A DNA stretch of 64,000 nucleotides, from assembly GCA_044224495.1 (NCBI GenBank), contig JBGAKG010000005.1:44711-108710 (forward strand). The letters run 5' to 3'. The position numbers and the translations under genes were made by a program. This DNA is from Polyangiaceae bacterium (GTDB lineage Bacteria > Myxococcota_A > Polyangia > Polyangiales > Polyangiaceae). Positions within the stretch are counted from its first letter, which is position 1. Each line of letters opens with the position of its first letter. Below, piece by piece: positions 9,201 to 20,940 of the stretch. The notes beneath the pieces are model-generated. The model did not search any database. It was not told the DNA's origin and was given only the letters and a program-made list of their open reading frames with translations.

Positions 9201-10972
9201 CCGAGCCGCTCCTTGAGGATCTCCTTCGCGCGCGCGGTCGAACCCGCGCCATGAGCGCGGAGCGCGGCGAGCAGCCGGAGCGCGCGCGCGTTGTCTTCGT
9301 TCGGCTCGTGGCCGGCGAGCGACAGGAGCCCATCGACGTCGGGCGCGCTCCGGGCCGACTCGCCCGCGGCTTCGCCTTCGGCAGGCTTCGCTTCGAGCGG
9401 GAGGTACGCCCCGAGGATGCGCCCGAGCCACGCGCTCTCGTTGTTCGCGGCGAGCTCGGCGATCGCCTTGCGCGCACCGTCGAGGTCGTTCCGCTCGAGG
9501 CGCGCGCGGAGGAGCTCGAACCAGAGGCCGGCGAGCTCGACGCCATCGACGCCGCTCGCGACGAGGCGCCGGGTGGCTTCGTCGAGCCACGCAGCGTCAC
9601 CTTTGACGACGGCGAACGCACGCGCGAGGCGCGCGACGGTCCCCGAGGGAACCTCCGAAGCCTGCGCTTGCGAGAGCGCGAGCTTCGCGGCGGCGACGTC
9701 GTCGGCCTCCATCGCCCACGCGTAGGCGCTGAGCAGGTAGGCGCGGCCGCGCGCGGCGTCGGTCCCGAAGCGCTCCGCGAACGACTCGAGCTGCTCGGCG
9801 AACGCCCCGCCGGGGCCGCCGCTCCCGAGGAGATCCAACTGGAGGGCGCGCGCCGGGAGCGACGCGGGATCCGCGGTCGTCGCCTTCGCCAGTGCTTCGA
9901 GCGCCTTGTCGCGATCGCCTTGCGTCGCTGCGAGCTCTGCGAGGCGGATCGCGAGCGCGCTCGTCGTCGCGCCGTCCGTCTCTCGCGCGAGTCGCTTCGA
10001 GGCGAGGTCGGCCGCGAGCGCGGTGTCACCGAGGACCTCGGCGACGCGCAAGCGGGCTCCGAGGAGAGCGCTGTACGCGAGCGTGTCGGAGTCGCCGTCG
10101 GCCCCGACGACCTCGAGCGCGCGATCGAGTGCGGTCGCGGCACCGGCGACGTCCCCGGTGAGCCGCTTCGCGTCGGCCGCGCGGAGGTAGGCGTCGGCGA
10201 GGTGAGCGGGCGTACGCATCCAGTGCGGGACGCCGAGCGCATCCGCGCGCTCGGGGGTCGCGAGGCCTTCGGCGACGAGCGCCCCGATCGATTCGAGCGA
10301 GGCGGCGTAGATCCGCTTCTGCTCGTCGTCGCCGGCGCCGCGCGCGACGCGCTCGGTGAGCATCGCGGCGAGGTACGTCGCCTTCGAACCGAGCTCGCGG
10401 GCGCGCGTGAGGAGCTCGAGCGCGCGCGGAGCCTGCCCTGCGGCATCGGCGATGCGCGCGAGATCGAGCAGGAGAAGCGCCTGCCACGTCGGATCGCCCG
10501 CGTGCTTCACACGGAGCTCGAGCGCGCGCTCGCGGAGCGCGACGTCGCCGTTGCGACACGCGAGCAGCTCGAGCGCGAGCGCAGCGGTCGCCTCTTCGGG
10601 GGCGGGAGGATCGGCGGAGGCGGCCTCGGTGAGGGCCTCTTCGATCGCCGCGCGCGCGCCTTCCACGTCGGCGCTGACGTCCTCGACGTAGGCCGCGCGC
10701 ATGAGGAGCGCGCGCGCCTTCTCCGCCGGCGTGACCGCCGCGCGGACGAGTGCGTCGATCACGCGTCCGAGGTTCTTGAGCGAGCGCCGGCGCTCGAGGA
10801 GCCGAACGAGGGCCTCGAGCGGCTCGCGGAAGGTCGGGTCGGCGTTGAACGCCGCCAGGTAGTCGCGCGCCGCGGTGGGCTCGTCGCCCGCACGCTCCGC
10901 GATCTCGCCCGCTTCCCCCAGGAGGCGGGCGAGTCGTTCTTTGTCCGTGGTCTTCGCGATCTCCGCGCGCAA
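6245..10972 (-). CDS. Giant TPR-repeat protein (1575 aa), paralogue of downstream neighbour
   Basis: Long ORF, all-alpha TPR-like composition (A/L/E/R rich, periodic W/Y/G). C-terminal approx 250 aa resembles C-terminus of the 723..6248 protein. Track start is a TTG; true start uncertain. Confidence 0.7.
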   Translation of the reverse strand: MRAEIAKTTDKERLARLLGEAGEIAERAGDEPTAARDYLAAFNADPTFREPLEALVRLLERRRSLKNLGRVIDALVRAAVTPAEKARALLMRAAYVEDVSADVEGARAAIEEALTEAASADPPAPEEATAALALELLACRNGDVALRERALELRVKHAGDPTWQALLLLDLARIADAAGQAPRALELLTRARELGSKATYLAAMLTERVARGAGDDEQKRIYAASLESIGALVAEGLATPERADALGVPHWMRTPAHLADAYLRAADAKRLTGDVAGAATALDRALEVVGADGDSDTLAYSALLGARLRVAEVLGDTALAADLASKRLARETDGATTSALAIRLAELAATQGDRDKALEALAKATTADPASLPARALQLDLLGSGGPGGAFAEQLESFAERFGTDAARGRAYLLSAYAWAMEADDVAAAKLALSQAQASEVPSGTVARLARAFAVVKGDAAWLDEATRRLVASGVDGVELAGLWFELLRARLERNDLDGARKAIAELAANNESAWLGRILGAYLPLEAKPAEGEAAGESARSAPDVDGLLSLAGHEPNEDNARALRLLAALRAHGAGSTARAKEILKERLGERKDDAIVAAFLADLDRASGDAQAAANVLESFAQATGDAVVACALALEAGFARWAAGDKAGALQAFLIAAERGEGPSGRAAKMVLGWAGRAIDADAVEGRRLAIERARDGGGDARVLDLERLATELAAGQGGDAEEVLRALEREPEGGALAVSAALARLVIPETNPDPAAVEVALDVIASQGAPELAAAERLRRAQTLDPEARSQAARAWVDVGGGAPAAFAWIVAAAETRELGDDVAARRALAEQVSGEAREQLAASAVVLDRIREEGGPITTPLLDGDGAAVRLANLEVAPPGSDPRRRATALCNLGDALGEAAQADALGLGGWSLLVAGDLEGAIEVFQAVAQARPDDFAAWEGLRAAAELGSQPELHAAAAAHLGEMAGDSHRGAAFLEEAALVYLGIGQDDAADTAFEAAFERDPKRTTAFDRLFRRVRERKDGEKLLQLIARRLENTDDPPEVGKLYWEQARVLRERGDTDGALNALENVVMIEPDHVGALALSGEISIRQGKFADAAERLARLASLDSAPPKNRITAGVAAVDLFENKLEQPKRALEVLLLLHKAKLTTLPVRERLAKSAARTKSWEEAVSILEELMVERPERDGRVDAARLAITIYRDKLAAPQRAEKAVVKLLEEAPGDGEAVDVLLGIQSPERKRLLAAAQTAILATLGQNPMDGESAARLSWIAQALGNVPLQEAALGVASTLGIRTVALDDAQTRIRSQRGRLVPQTAVTPLTLKLLLAPGDDGPLAALFQLLGPTLGEAIGPSRDALGVGRRDRVDPRSGLPLYNEHAAWAGALGHAEVQLYVGGKDPLGVQGIAGEEPAIVVGPGIRAPFDPATRGKFARELFALARGTTVLRSRDETTVAAIVVAACRIVDVPIQAPPYAVLAEVEKLVNKAISRKTKNAIRETCAVVAQQNPDAKMFARAALMSHARVALVAAGELPVVASELVPPAGPGDPRIAALAKFNLSGAFSDARRALGLEAP

Positions 10973-11060
10973 CCACGCCGCCGTCGCCGCCGAGGCATCG
11001 GCGGTCTCTGCGCCTCCCGTGGTCGAAGGCCCTTCGGCGTTGCTCAGGGGGTAGCTCCCT

Positions 11061-11348
11061 TCACAGAAGCTGGTTCAACTTCTCGTTGATCTTGTCCTCG
11101 ATCGTACCCTTCATCACGCGCAGCATGAAGGGGAGGTCGACTTCGACCCGAACGTTCTTGTCCGTGACCGAGACTGCGCCCTTCACGCCCTTGGCCGTGC
11201 CGCTCGTGGCCTCGAACTTGATGGCGTTGCCCGCCCAAGCCCAGGTCAGATTGAGGCGATCTTGCATGCTCTTGGCGAGCTCCTCGGCCTTCTTCTTTGC
11301 ATCGTCGAGGGGGAGCGAGTGGGTCTTGCTGATGTCGATCGTAGCCAT
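11061..11348 (-). CDS. Polyhydroxyalkanoic acid system family protein (PHA_gran_rgn-like), 95 aa
   Basis: 95 aa; N-terminal IDISKTHSL and C-terminal VRVEVDLPFMLRVMKGTIEDKINEKLNQ match the architecture of the small PHA-system proteins as I recall them. Confidence 0.55.
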   Translation of the reverse strand: MATIDISKTHSLPLDDAKKKAEELAKSMQDRLNLTWAWAGNAIKFEATSGTAKGVKGAVSVTDKNVRVEVDLPFMLRVMKGTIEDKINEKLNQLL

Positions 11349-11366
11349 GGTGCTCCTTCGAAAGTA

Positions 11367-11975
11367 TCACTCGATGCGCTTCACGATCCAGTACCCCCGC
11401 GGGGTATCCACTGGACCATCGGCCACTTTACCGACCCCCAGGCTGAACAGGACGTACTCGGGCGCCGGCTCCAGGGTCCCCCGGGGAACCCGGCCGACGT
11501 CGTCCGCCGACCCATCGTCCCCCTTGCGGACGGCCGCGTGGAAGTCGGTCTTGGCGAGCTCCGCCAGGCTGGCTGCGAGCTCCTGGGCGTCCCGCTTGTT
11601 CCGCGCCGTCGGGGAGGACATCTCGGCGCCCTGGTAGGTCACGAGGACGACCCCGAAACGCACCTTCATCGGGGCGTCTCCGGCGAGGGGGGGCACTTCG
11701 CTCCCGTCCGGCATCCGGAACCCGACGCCACCATCGCGGCGGGGCTCGTTGATCGGGAAAATGGGCATCGACGTGCCCAAGTCTGCGTCGTCCGGGAACA
11801 GGTCGGCGTCGCCGGCGCTCGCCAGCGAGGCGCCGCCGTCGCCGGTCCCGGTCTCGGCGTCACCCGCGTCGGACGGCGCCCGCCAGGGCCTCCAATTCGA
11901 GATGGTCTGTCCCGCGAGCAGCACCGCGATCGCCACGGCGGCGATCCCCAGCACGATCGAAGCGAGCCGTTGCAT
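11367..11975 (-). CDS. Membrane-anchored parvulin-type peptidyl-prolyl isomerase (PpiC domain)
   Basis: N-terminal TM helix (LGIAAVAIAVLLAG), C-terminal rotamase-like region ending PRGYWIVKRIE, typical of the PpiC/parvulin fold. Confidence 0.5.
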   Translation of the reverse strand: MQRLASIVLGIAAVAIAVLLAGQTISNWRPWRAPSDAGDAETGTGDGGASLASAGDADLFPDDADLGTSMPIFPINEPRRDGGVGFRMPDGSEVPPLAGDAPMKVRFGVVLVTYQGAEMSSPTARNKRDAQELAASLAELAKTDFHAAVRKGDDGSADDVGRVPRGTLEPAPEYVLFSLGVGKVADGPVDTPRGYWIVKRIE

Positions 11976-11981
11976 CGAGGG

Positions 11982-12521
11982 TCAGGCCGCTCCGGCCGCG
12001 CCCGGATCCGCCATCGACTCGTCGTCGGTCGGGGTCGCCGGCGGGCCGTACTCTTCGTAGGGGCGAAGGGTGGCCGGCGGCGGGTCGCCGAAGAGCTCGA
12101 GCTGTGCGGCGAGCCAGTTCTGGCGGGAGATGAGCGCGCTCGCGCGGGCCATCTCCTTCGCCTGCGTGCGGTCGAGCGAGTCCTGCAGGAGCTTGGAGAG
12201 CTCCGCGTCGACCTCGGCGAGCTCCTTGCGCACGAGCACCGGATCGATCGCCGACTTCTCGACGAACTCCTCGGTGAGGACGAGCACCTTGTCGGCGCTC
12301 ACCTCGACGAAGCCGCCGCCGATCGCGCAGCGCTTCGTGTCGTTACCGATCCGGTACGACACGATGCCGGTGCGCGCGGCGGCCAGCGCCGGGAGGTGGC
12401 CGGGGAGGACGCCGAACTCGCCGGCTTCGCCGGGGAGGGAGACCTCGTCGACCTTCTCGGAGAGCGCGCGCCCCTTCGGCGTCACGACCTCGAGTTGGAT
12501 TCGGTTGGCTTCGTCCGCCAT
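11982..12521 (-). CDS. atpC: F0F1 ATP synthase epsilon subunit with C-terminal extension
   Basis: LEVVTP...VSLPGEAGEFGVLPGHLP motif. Immediately downstream of atpD. Confidence 0.85.
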   Translation of the reverse strand: MADEANRIQLEVVTPKGRALSEKVDEVSLPGEAGEFGVLPGHLPALAAARTGIVSYRIGNDTKRCAIGGGFVEVSADKVLVLTEEFVEKSAIDPVLVRKELAEVDAELSKLLQDSLDRTQAKEMARASALISRQNWLAAQLELFGDPPPATLRPYEEYGPPATPTDDESMADPGAAGAA

Positions 12522-12522
12522 G

Positions 12523-14043
<1,521 letters not shown>

Positions 14044-14121
14044 TCACGCGCTGCGCGGGCGTTCAAGAGGGTGGGGGCGGACGGTCTGCTCAACCAGGGG
14101 AAAAAGGACGAATCCGGAGTC

Positions 14122-14151
14122 GAGAACGGGAACGGGAATGGGAATGGAAGG
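14122..14151 (+). repeat. GGGAAY hexamer tandem repeat (about 4 units) in promoter region of 14174..15010
   Basis: acgggaacgggaatgggaatggaagg located 20-50 nt upstream of the ATG at 14174. The same GGAAC core recurs in the palindrome downstream of that gene. Confidence 0.5.
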
Positions 14152-14173
14152 AGACGACTGCTAAGGGTCAGGC

Positions 14174-15010
14174 ATGCGCGGCGTTGGCCTTCCGTTGGCG
14201 CTCTCCGTCGCCCTCTGGGCGGGCGTGGGTGCTGCCGGGCCCATCGCCGTCGACAACCAGCCCCCCGAGTGGAGCGGGCTCGAGTCCGAGTACGAGACGA
14301 AGGCGGGGGAGCGGCTCGACTTCACGCTCCGCGCGACCGATCCGGAGAACGATCCGATCCGGTACGAGGTGCGCGGGCTCCCCTTGAACGCTCGGGCCGT
14401 CGCCGGTGACGGCGGCGTCCAGGTGAAGTGGGACACCGAGGAGTCCGAGGCAGGGTCGTATCCGATCGAGGTCTTCGCCACCGACGGGAAGACCACCATC
14501 TCCAAGAAGGTGATGCTCGTGCTGGCGGAGAAGTCGGAGAGCTTCTTCGTCCCCGGCGTGGGCTACGAGCTCTTCGTCCCGAACGCCCCGAGCAAGCTCG
14601 GCTACATGAACGGGTTCCGGATCGAGTTCCTCGGCGCGAGCTACGTGCACCGGAACGCGAAGCCGGGACCGAGCCACGGCCGCTTCTTCGTCCATTTCGA
14701 CGTGCTCCTGTCGACGAAGGAGGACGTCCCGGCCGCGTTCCTGCCGACCCTCGGCTTCGACTTCTCGTTCGAGCGCAACCCACCGCGCCGCTTTCTGATC
14801 CCGTTCTTCGGCCTCGAAGGGGGCGCCTGGTTCAACGGAACGACGGGCTCGCTCGGCTTCATGCACCCGTTCGCGGGGGTGCACCTCTACACCAAGGCGA
14901 ACCTCTTCTTCAGCCTGCGGGGAGGCTACTTTCTGCCCTTCACGTCCGAGCAGTTCGACGTGGTGCGAGGGGTGCGCGCGTCGGCCACGGTGGACCTCTC
15001 GTTCTGGTGA
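14174..15010 (+). CDS. Secreted Ig-like (cadherin-like DPENDPIRY) domain protein fused to a probable outer-membrane beta-barrel (C-terminal ...LSFW)
   Basis: Signal peptide; putative Ig domain with DPENDPIRYEV motif. C-terminal half has alternating aromatic/Gly strands and an aromatic C-terminus typical of outer-membrane proteins. Confidence 0.6.
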   Translation: MRGVGLPLALSVALWAGVGAAGPIAVDNQPPEWSGLESEYETKAGERLDFTLRATDPENDPIRYEVRGLPLNARAVAGDGGVQVKWDTEESEAGSYPIEVFATDGKTTISKKVMLVLAEKSESFFVPGVGYELFVPNAPSKLGYMNGFRIEFLGASYVHRNAKPGPSHGRFFVHFDVLLSTKEDVPAAFLPTLGFDFSFERNPPRRFLIPFFGLEGGAWFNGTTGSLGFMHPFAGVHLYTKANLFFSLRGGYFLPFTSEQFDVVRGVRASATVDLSFW

Positions 15011-15019
15011 GAGAAAAGC

Positions 15020-15156
15020 CGAACAGGGAACACGGAACAGGAATTCGGAACGCGGAACGCGGAACGAGAACACGGAGCGCAGAGCGGGAACAGCGCGTGT
15101 TCGGGGTTCGGGTTCCGCGTTCCGCATTCCCGATCCCGTTCCGTGTTCCCTGTTCG
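15020..15156. repeat. 137-bp near-perfect palindrome built of CGGAAC/GGGAAC units; probable bidirectional terminator or MITE/REP-like element
   Basis: Perfect 19-bp terminal inverted repeats cgaacagggaacacggaac (15020-15038) / gttccgtgttccctgttcg (15138-15156). Inner arms gcggaacgcggaac / gttccgcgttccgc. Central perfect palindrome gaacagcgcgtgttc (15088-15102). Lies exactly between the stop codons of convergent genes (15010 and 15167). Confidence 0.65.
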
Positions 15157-15166
15157 TCTTCTTCTT

Positions 15167-17047
15167 CTACTTCTCGATGTGGAACTCGACCCGCCGGTTC
15201 GCCTTGCGCCCCGCATCGCTGGTGTTCGGCTCCAGCGGCCGATCGGGTCCGAAGCCCGCGCTGGCGAGCCGTGCCCTGTCGATGCCGTGCGCCACGAGCC
15301 ACTTCACGACCGACGCGGCGCGGTCGCCCGACAGCTTCTTGTTGAACGCGGCCGGGCCCTGGTCGTCGGTGTGACCTTCGACGTTCAGCTTCGTGATCTC
15401 GGGGTGCGCCTTCAGCACGCCGAGCACGGCGGTGAGCACCTCTTCGCTGTCCTTGCCGGGGAGGATGTCCGCGCTCCCGGTCTTGAACTTCACCTGCTCG
15501 AGGATCGTGATGACCCCGCCGTTCACGAACGCCATCGGGCACCCGTTCTTCTTCGGGTCGGTGTTCGCTTTGCCGGGCTCCTTCGGGCACGCGTCGAGCT
15601 CGTTCTCGATCGCGTCGCCGTCGAGATCGGCAGGGCACCCGTTGAACTCGGGCTTCGTCGACGCCTTGCCGGGTTGGTCGACGCACGCGTCGTCCTTGTC
15701 GTAGATGCCGTCGCCGTCCTTGTCGGGTGGGCAGCCGTTCTTCTTGGGGTCGTCGCTCGGGACGCCCGCGACGTCGACGCACGCGTCCTTCGCATCGGGT
15801 ACGCCGTCACCGTCCTTGTCCGGCGGCGGCGGCGGGGGCAGGGCCACCGGCGGCTCGGCGGGGCAGCCGTTCGTCGCGCGATCGAGCGAGCGCGGACCGG
15901 GGACACGCGGGCACGCATCTTCCCCATCGGGGACACCGTCGCCGTCGCCGTCGGCCGGGCACCCGTTCTTGTGCGGGTCGTCGCTCGCGACGCCGGCGGT
16001 CGTGGGGCACGCGTCCTTGCCGTCGCGGATGCCGTCGCCGTCCGTGTCGTCGCGGTAGGGCGGCGCGAGCTCGAGCGACGCCATCCACCGCCGCTCCGGC
16101 GCGCCGAAGCCGCGCGTGAGCCCGAAGCCACCGCCGACGCCGAACCGCACGGGGCCGGCCGTGTAGTGCGCGCCGAGCAGCACCTCGACCGGGACCTCCG
16201 GCCCGGTGTCCTCGGGCGCGCCCGAGAGCGACGCCTGCGACGGGTTGCTCGTGAAGACGGCGCTCCCGAAGAGCTCCGGCCCGATCACGAGGTGCCGGTC
16301 GAGCACGCGCACGCCCGCCGCCGCGGCCCAGGTGAGCTCCTGTCCGATCCGCGTCGCGCCGAAGAACCGCTCCGGTCGCCCGAGGTTCGCGCCAATGCGT
16401 GCAGAATACACGAAGGGCCCGATGTCGCCCGCGACGAGCAGCCGCGGCGCGATCCGGAGGTTGCCGTCGCTCGTGTAGTCGCTCGGGTTCCCGCTCGGGA
16501 AGTAGATGCCGAGCCCCGCGGCGAGGGTGAACGGGTCGCCGTACTCGCCGAACACGCGCAGGTCGGCCGTGAAGCGGAAGTCGCCGAACGACTGATCGTT
16601 CTCGGGCCCGGCGATGATGCTCTTCCCGAACGTCGCCTGATGGCCGTCTTGGAAGACCACGACCGGCACGTCGAGCGCGACGCGGAGGCGCTCGAAGAAC
16701 ACCATCGCGGCGCCGATGTGGAGCGTCCCCACGTTGCGGAGCGGGCTCAGCCGGATGTCGCCGTTGGGCGCGTTCACGACGAGCGGGCGGTATTGCCCTT
16801 CCATCACGACGCCCACCGTCGGGCGCAGGTGCCCGCGCACGTCGAGCGAGTCGTTCGCGAACCACTCGCTCCCACGGACCGCGGGATCGAAGCGGTTCAT
16901 CGAGATGCCCGGCTCGACCGCCTGCGCGGAGGCTGCTTCTTCGCGGGCGGCGAGCGCGCCGAGCGCGACGAAGGCGCCGAGCGCAAAGCGAGAAAGGCGA
17001 GCGGAACGAACGGACCGACGCGACCGAGGCGTACGCCGAGGAGTCAT
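15167..17047 (-). CDS. OmpA-family outer membrane protein with thrombospondin type-3 (Ca-binding DxDxDG) repeats
   Basis: Signal peptide, N-terminal beta-barrel-like region, multiple DTDGDGIRDGKDACP / DKDGDGVPDAKDAC TSP3 repeats, C-terminal OmpA/MotB peptidoglycan-binding domain (NRRVEF). Confidence 0.85.
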   Translation of the reverse strand: MTPRRTPRSRRSVRSARLSRFALGAFVALGALAAREEAASAQAVEPGISMNRFDPAVRGSEWFANDSLDVRGHLRPTVGVVMEGQYRPLVVNAPNGDIRLSPLRNVGTLHIGAAMVFFERLRVALDVPVVVFQDGHQATFGKSIIAGPENDQSFGDFRFTADLRVFGEYGDPFTLAAGLGIYFPSGNPSDYTSDGNLRIAPRLLVAGDIGPFVYSARIGANLGRPERFFGATRIGQELTWAAAAGVRVLDRHLVIGPELFGSAVFTSNPSQASLSGAPEDTGPEVPVEVLLGAHYTAGPVRFGVGGGFGLTRGFGAPERRWMASLELAPPYRDDTDGDGIRDGKDACPTTAGVASDDPHKNGCPADGDGDGVPDGEDACPRVPGPRSLDRATNGCPAEPPVALPPPPPPDKDGDGVPDAKDACVDVAGVPSDDPKKNGCPPDKDGDGIYDKDDACVDQPGKASTKPEFNGCPADLDGDAIENELDACPKEPGKANTDPKKNGCPMAFVNGGVITILEQVKFKTGSADILPGKDSEEVLTAVLGVLKAHPEITKLNVEGHTDDQGPAAFNKKLSGDRAASVVKWLVAHGIDRARLASAGFGPDRPLEPNTSDAGRKANRRVEFHIEK

Positions 17048-17080
17048 GGCAGGTACGACGTTTCGCCTGCCGCCACGCGC

Positions 17081-17103
17081 GGGTCAAGGTCCGTCCTTGA
17101 CCC
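17081..17103. promoter_or_regulatory. 9-bp-arm inverted repeat gggtcaagg-N5-ccttgaccc in divergent ompA-like / dnaG-rpoD promoter region
   Basis: Perfect inverted repeat in the 92-bp intergenic region between divergent starts (17047 minus, 17140 plus). Candidate operator. Confidence 0.3.
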
Positions 17104-17139
17104 TCGGCCGTCACACGCCATACCACGAAGAGCCTCCTC

Positions 17140-19110
17140 GTGATCCCCCCGGAAACCATCGCTCTCGTCCGCGAGCGCACGAACATCGTGACGCTGATCC
17201 AAGAGGCGGTGCCATCGCTCAAGAAGCGGGGGCGCTCCTGGGTCGGGCTGTGCCCCTTCCATCGCGAGAAGACGCCGAGCTTCCACGTCAACCCGGAGCG
17301 CGGGTTCTTCCACTGCTTCGGCTGCAAGGAGAGCGGCAGCGCGATCGACTTCGTGATGAAGCAGGACGGCTACACGTTCCCCGAGGCGGTGCGCATGCTC
17401 GCCGAGCGCTGCGGGGTCGTCGTCGAGGAGGAGTCGCGCCCCGCCGCCGAGGTCGACCGCCAGAAGAAGGCGCGCGACGATCTCTACGCCGCGCTCGCCG
17501 TCGCTGCGAGCTTCTACGAGAAGATGCTGCGCGAGCACCCGGAGCGCGAGTACGCGCTCGAAGAGCTCGAGAAGCGCGGCGTGCTCCCGTCTTGGGCCGG
17601 CGCCCCCGGCGAGCGCGCCGCGATCGACGACACGCTCCAGGCGTTCCGGATCGGCTACGCGCCGAACGAGTGGGATGCGCTCGCGCGCTACCTCCGCGAT
17701 CAAGGCATCTCGCCGCAGACCGCGGAGACGGTGGGGCTCCTCGCGCCGCGGAGCGGGGGGAGTGGCCACTACGATCGCTTCCGCCATCGCCTCATGTTCG
17801 CCGTGACCGACACCCAGGGGCGCCCGATCGCGTTCAGCGGGCGCGCGCTCCGGGAGCCGCCTTCTGGCGCGGGCGCCCGCGAAGGGCAGGGGAAGAGCGA
17901 TCCTCCCCCGAAGTACATCAACTCGCCCGAGAGCCCGATCTACACGAAGGGCCAGCTCCTCTTCGGGCTCTTCCAGGCGCGCCACGCGATCCGGCAGGAG
18001 GAGAAGGCCATCCTCGTCGAAGGCAACTTCGACGTCGTGACGCTCCACGCCCGCGGCGTCGCCAACGTCGTCGCCCCGCTCGGTACGGCGTTCACGGAGG
18101 AGCAGGCGAAGCTCCTCCGCCGCTACGCGGGGGAGGTGGTGCTCTGCTTCGATGGCGACGCCGCCGGGCGCAAGGCCACCCGCCTCGCGCGCGACCCGTG
18201 CCGCTCCGCGGGGCTCACGGTCCGCGTCGCGCGCCTCCCCGACGGCATCGATCCCGACCAGCTCGTCCGCGACAAGGGCCCCGAGGCGATCGCGGAGGCC
18301 GTCGGCGCCGCGCAGGGTCTCCTCGAGTTCCTGATCGAGGACGCGCTCGATGCCTCGTTCGCCTCCGCCGACGCCTACGAGCGCGCGGCGCGGGTGAAGG
18401 AGGTGGTGCGCCTCATCGCCGAAGAGGACGACCCGCTCGTCCACAACATGGCGAAGCGCTACGCCGACCGCCTCGCCGGGCGGCTGGATCTGGTCGGGCG
18501 GGACGAGCACCGGCGCGGCGACACGTCGCCCGAGACCTTCCGCGCGCTCGAGCACGCCGTGAAGAAGGCGCTGGCCGAGGCTCAAGCGCGGGACGCCGCG
18601 CGCGCCCGCGTCCGTCCCCAGCGCGAGGCGGTGACCCCGGACCGCGCCCGCGTGCCGTCGCGCCCCCTGGGCTCGGCGGAGCGCGGCGAAATCGTGGGTG
18701 CTTTCATCGATTTTCCGACGCTCCTCTTCGATCCGGAGCTCGAGTGGGCGCTCGATCTGCTGACCGAGGCCGCCGCGCTCACGATCCGTGCCATCCGCCA
18801 GAGCCTAAAAACCTCGGAGGAGGGGGAAAAATCGCTGGACACGAGCGCTTTTCTTGCGCAAATGCCTCCCGCGATCCAAAGCTTCGCGGTTCGAAGGCTG
18901 GCGGCCCCGCAGTTGGAGACGCTCCAAGCAGCCAAAGACGCCGTCCTCTCGAACGCGACCAAGCTCAAACGAATGTTGTTGGAGAAAGAATCACGAGAGC
19001 TTGGGACCCGCGGTGGGGCGTGGTCGGACGAAGACAGTGAAGCGCTCAAGGCGCTGAGTGACCTGGCGCGCCAGGAGCGTGGGATCAAGGGCGGGACGAA
19101 CGAACGCTGA
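17140..19110 (+). CDS. dnaG: DNA primase
   Basis: GTG start; CHC2 zinc finger ([11 protein letters not shown]...HCFGC), TOPRIM (EGNFDV...FDGDAAG) motifs. Followed by rpoD as in the canonical macromolecular-synthesis operon. Confidence 0.9.
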   Translation: MIPPETIALVRERTNIVTLIQEAVPSLKKRGRSWVGLCPFHREKTPSFHVNPERGFFHCFGCKESGSAIDFVMKQDGYTFPEAVRMLAERCGVVVEEESRPAAEVDRQKKARDDLYAALAVAASFYEKMLREHPEREYALEELEKRGVLPSWAGAPGERAAIDDTLQAFRIGYAPNEWDALARYLRDQGISPQTAETVGLLAPRSGGSGHYDRFRHRLMFAVTDTQGRPIAFSGRALREPPSGAGAREGQGKSDPPPKYINSPESPIYTKGQLLFGLFQARHAIRQEEKAILVEGNFDVVTLHARGVANVVAPLGTAFTEEQAKLLRRYAGEVVLCFDGDAAGRKATRLARDPCRSAGLTVRVARLPDGIDPDQLVRDKGPEAIAEAVGAAQGLLEFLIEDALDASFASADAYERAARVKEVVRLIAEEDDPLVHNMAKRYADRLAGRLDLVGRDEHRRGDTSPETFRALEHAVKKALAEAQARDAARARVRPQREAVTPDRARVPSRPLGSAERGEIVGAFIDFPTLLFDPELEWALDLLTEAAALTIRAIRQSLKTSEEGEKSLDTSAFLAQMPPAIQSFAVRRLAAPQLETLQAAKDAVLSNATKLKRMLLEKESRELGTRGGAWSDEDSEALKALSDLARQERGIKGGTNER

Positions 19111-19139
19111 CGGCGACGGCGGCGTCGCGAGGGAAAGAA

Positions 19140-20930
<1,791 letters not shown>

Positions 20931-20940
20931 GAGGCTCCCG

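Noticed and set aside
8249-11089. 946-aa plus-strand ORF, 8271..9590 minus ORF, 8998..10446 minus ORF
   Set aside because: Antisense/off-frame to the 6245..10972 TPR gene; Arg/Glu/Gly-rich without motifs.
15020-15156. Possible CRISPR array suggested by repeated GGAAC units
   Set aside because: Units are 6 bp with no unique spacers of CRISPR length and the structure is a palindrome, not direct repeats. No cas genes.
15143-17327. 666-aa plus ORF and 506-aa minus ORF (15807..17327)
   Set aside because: Overlap the OmpA/TSP3 gene in other frames; Arg-rich.
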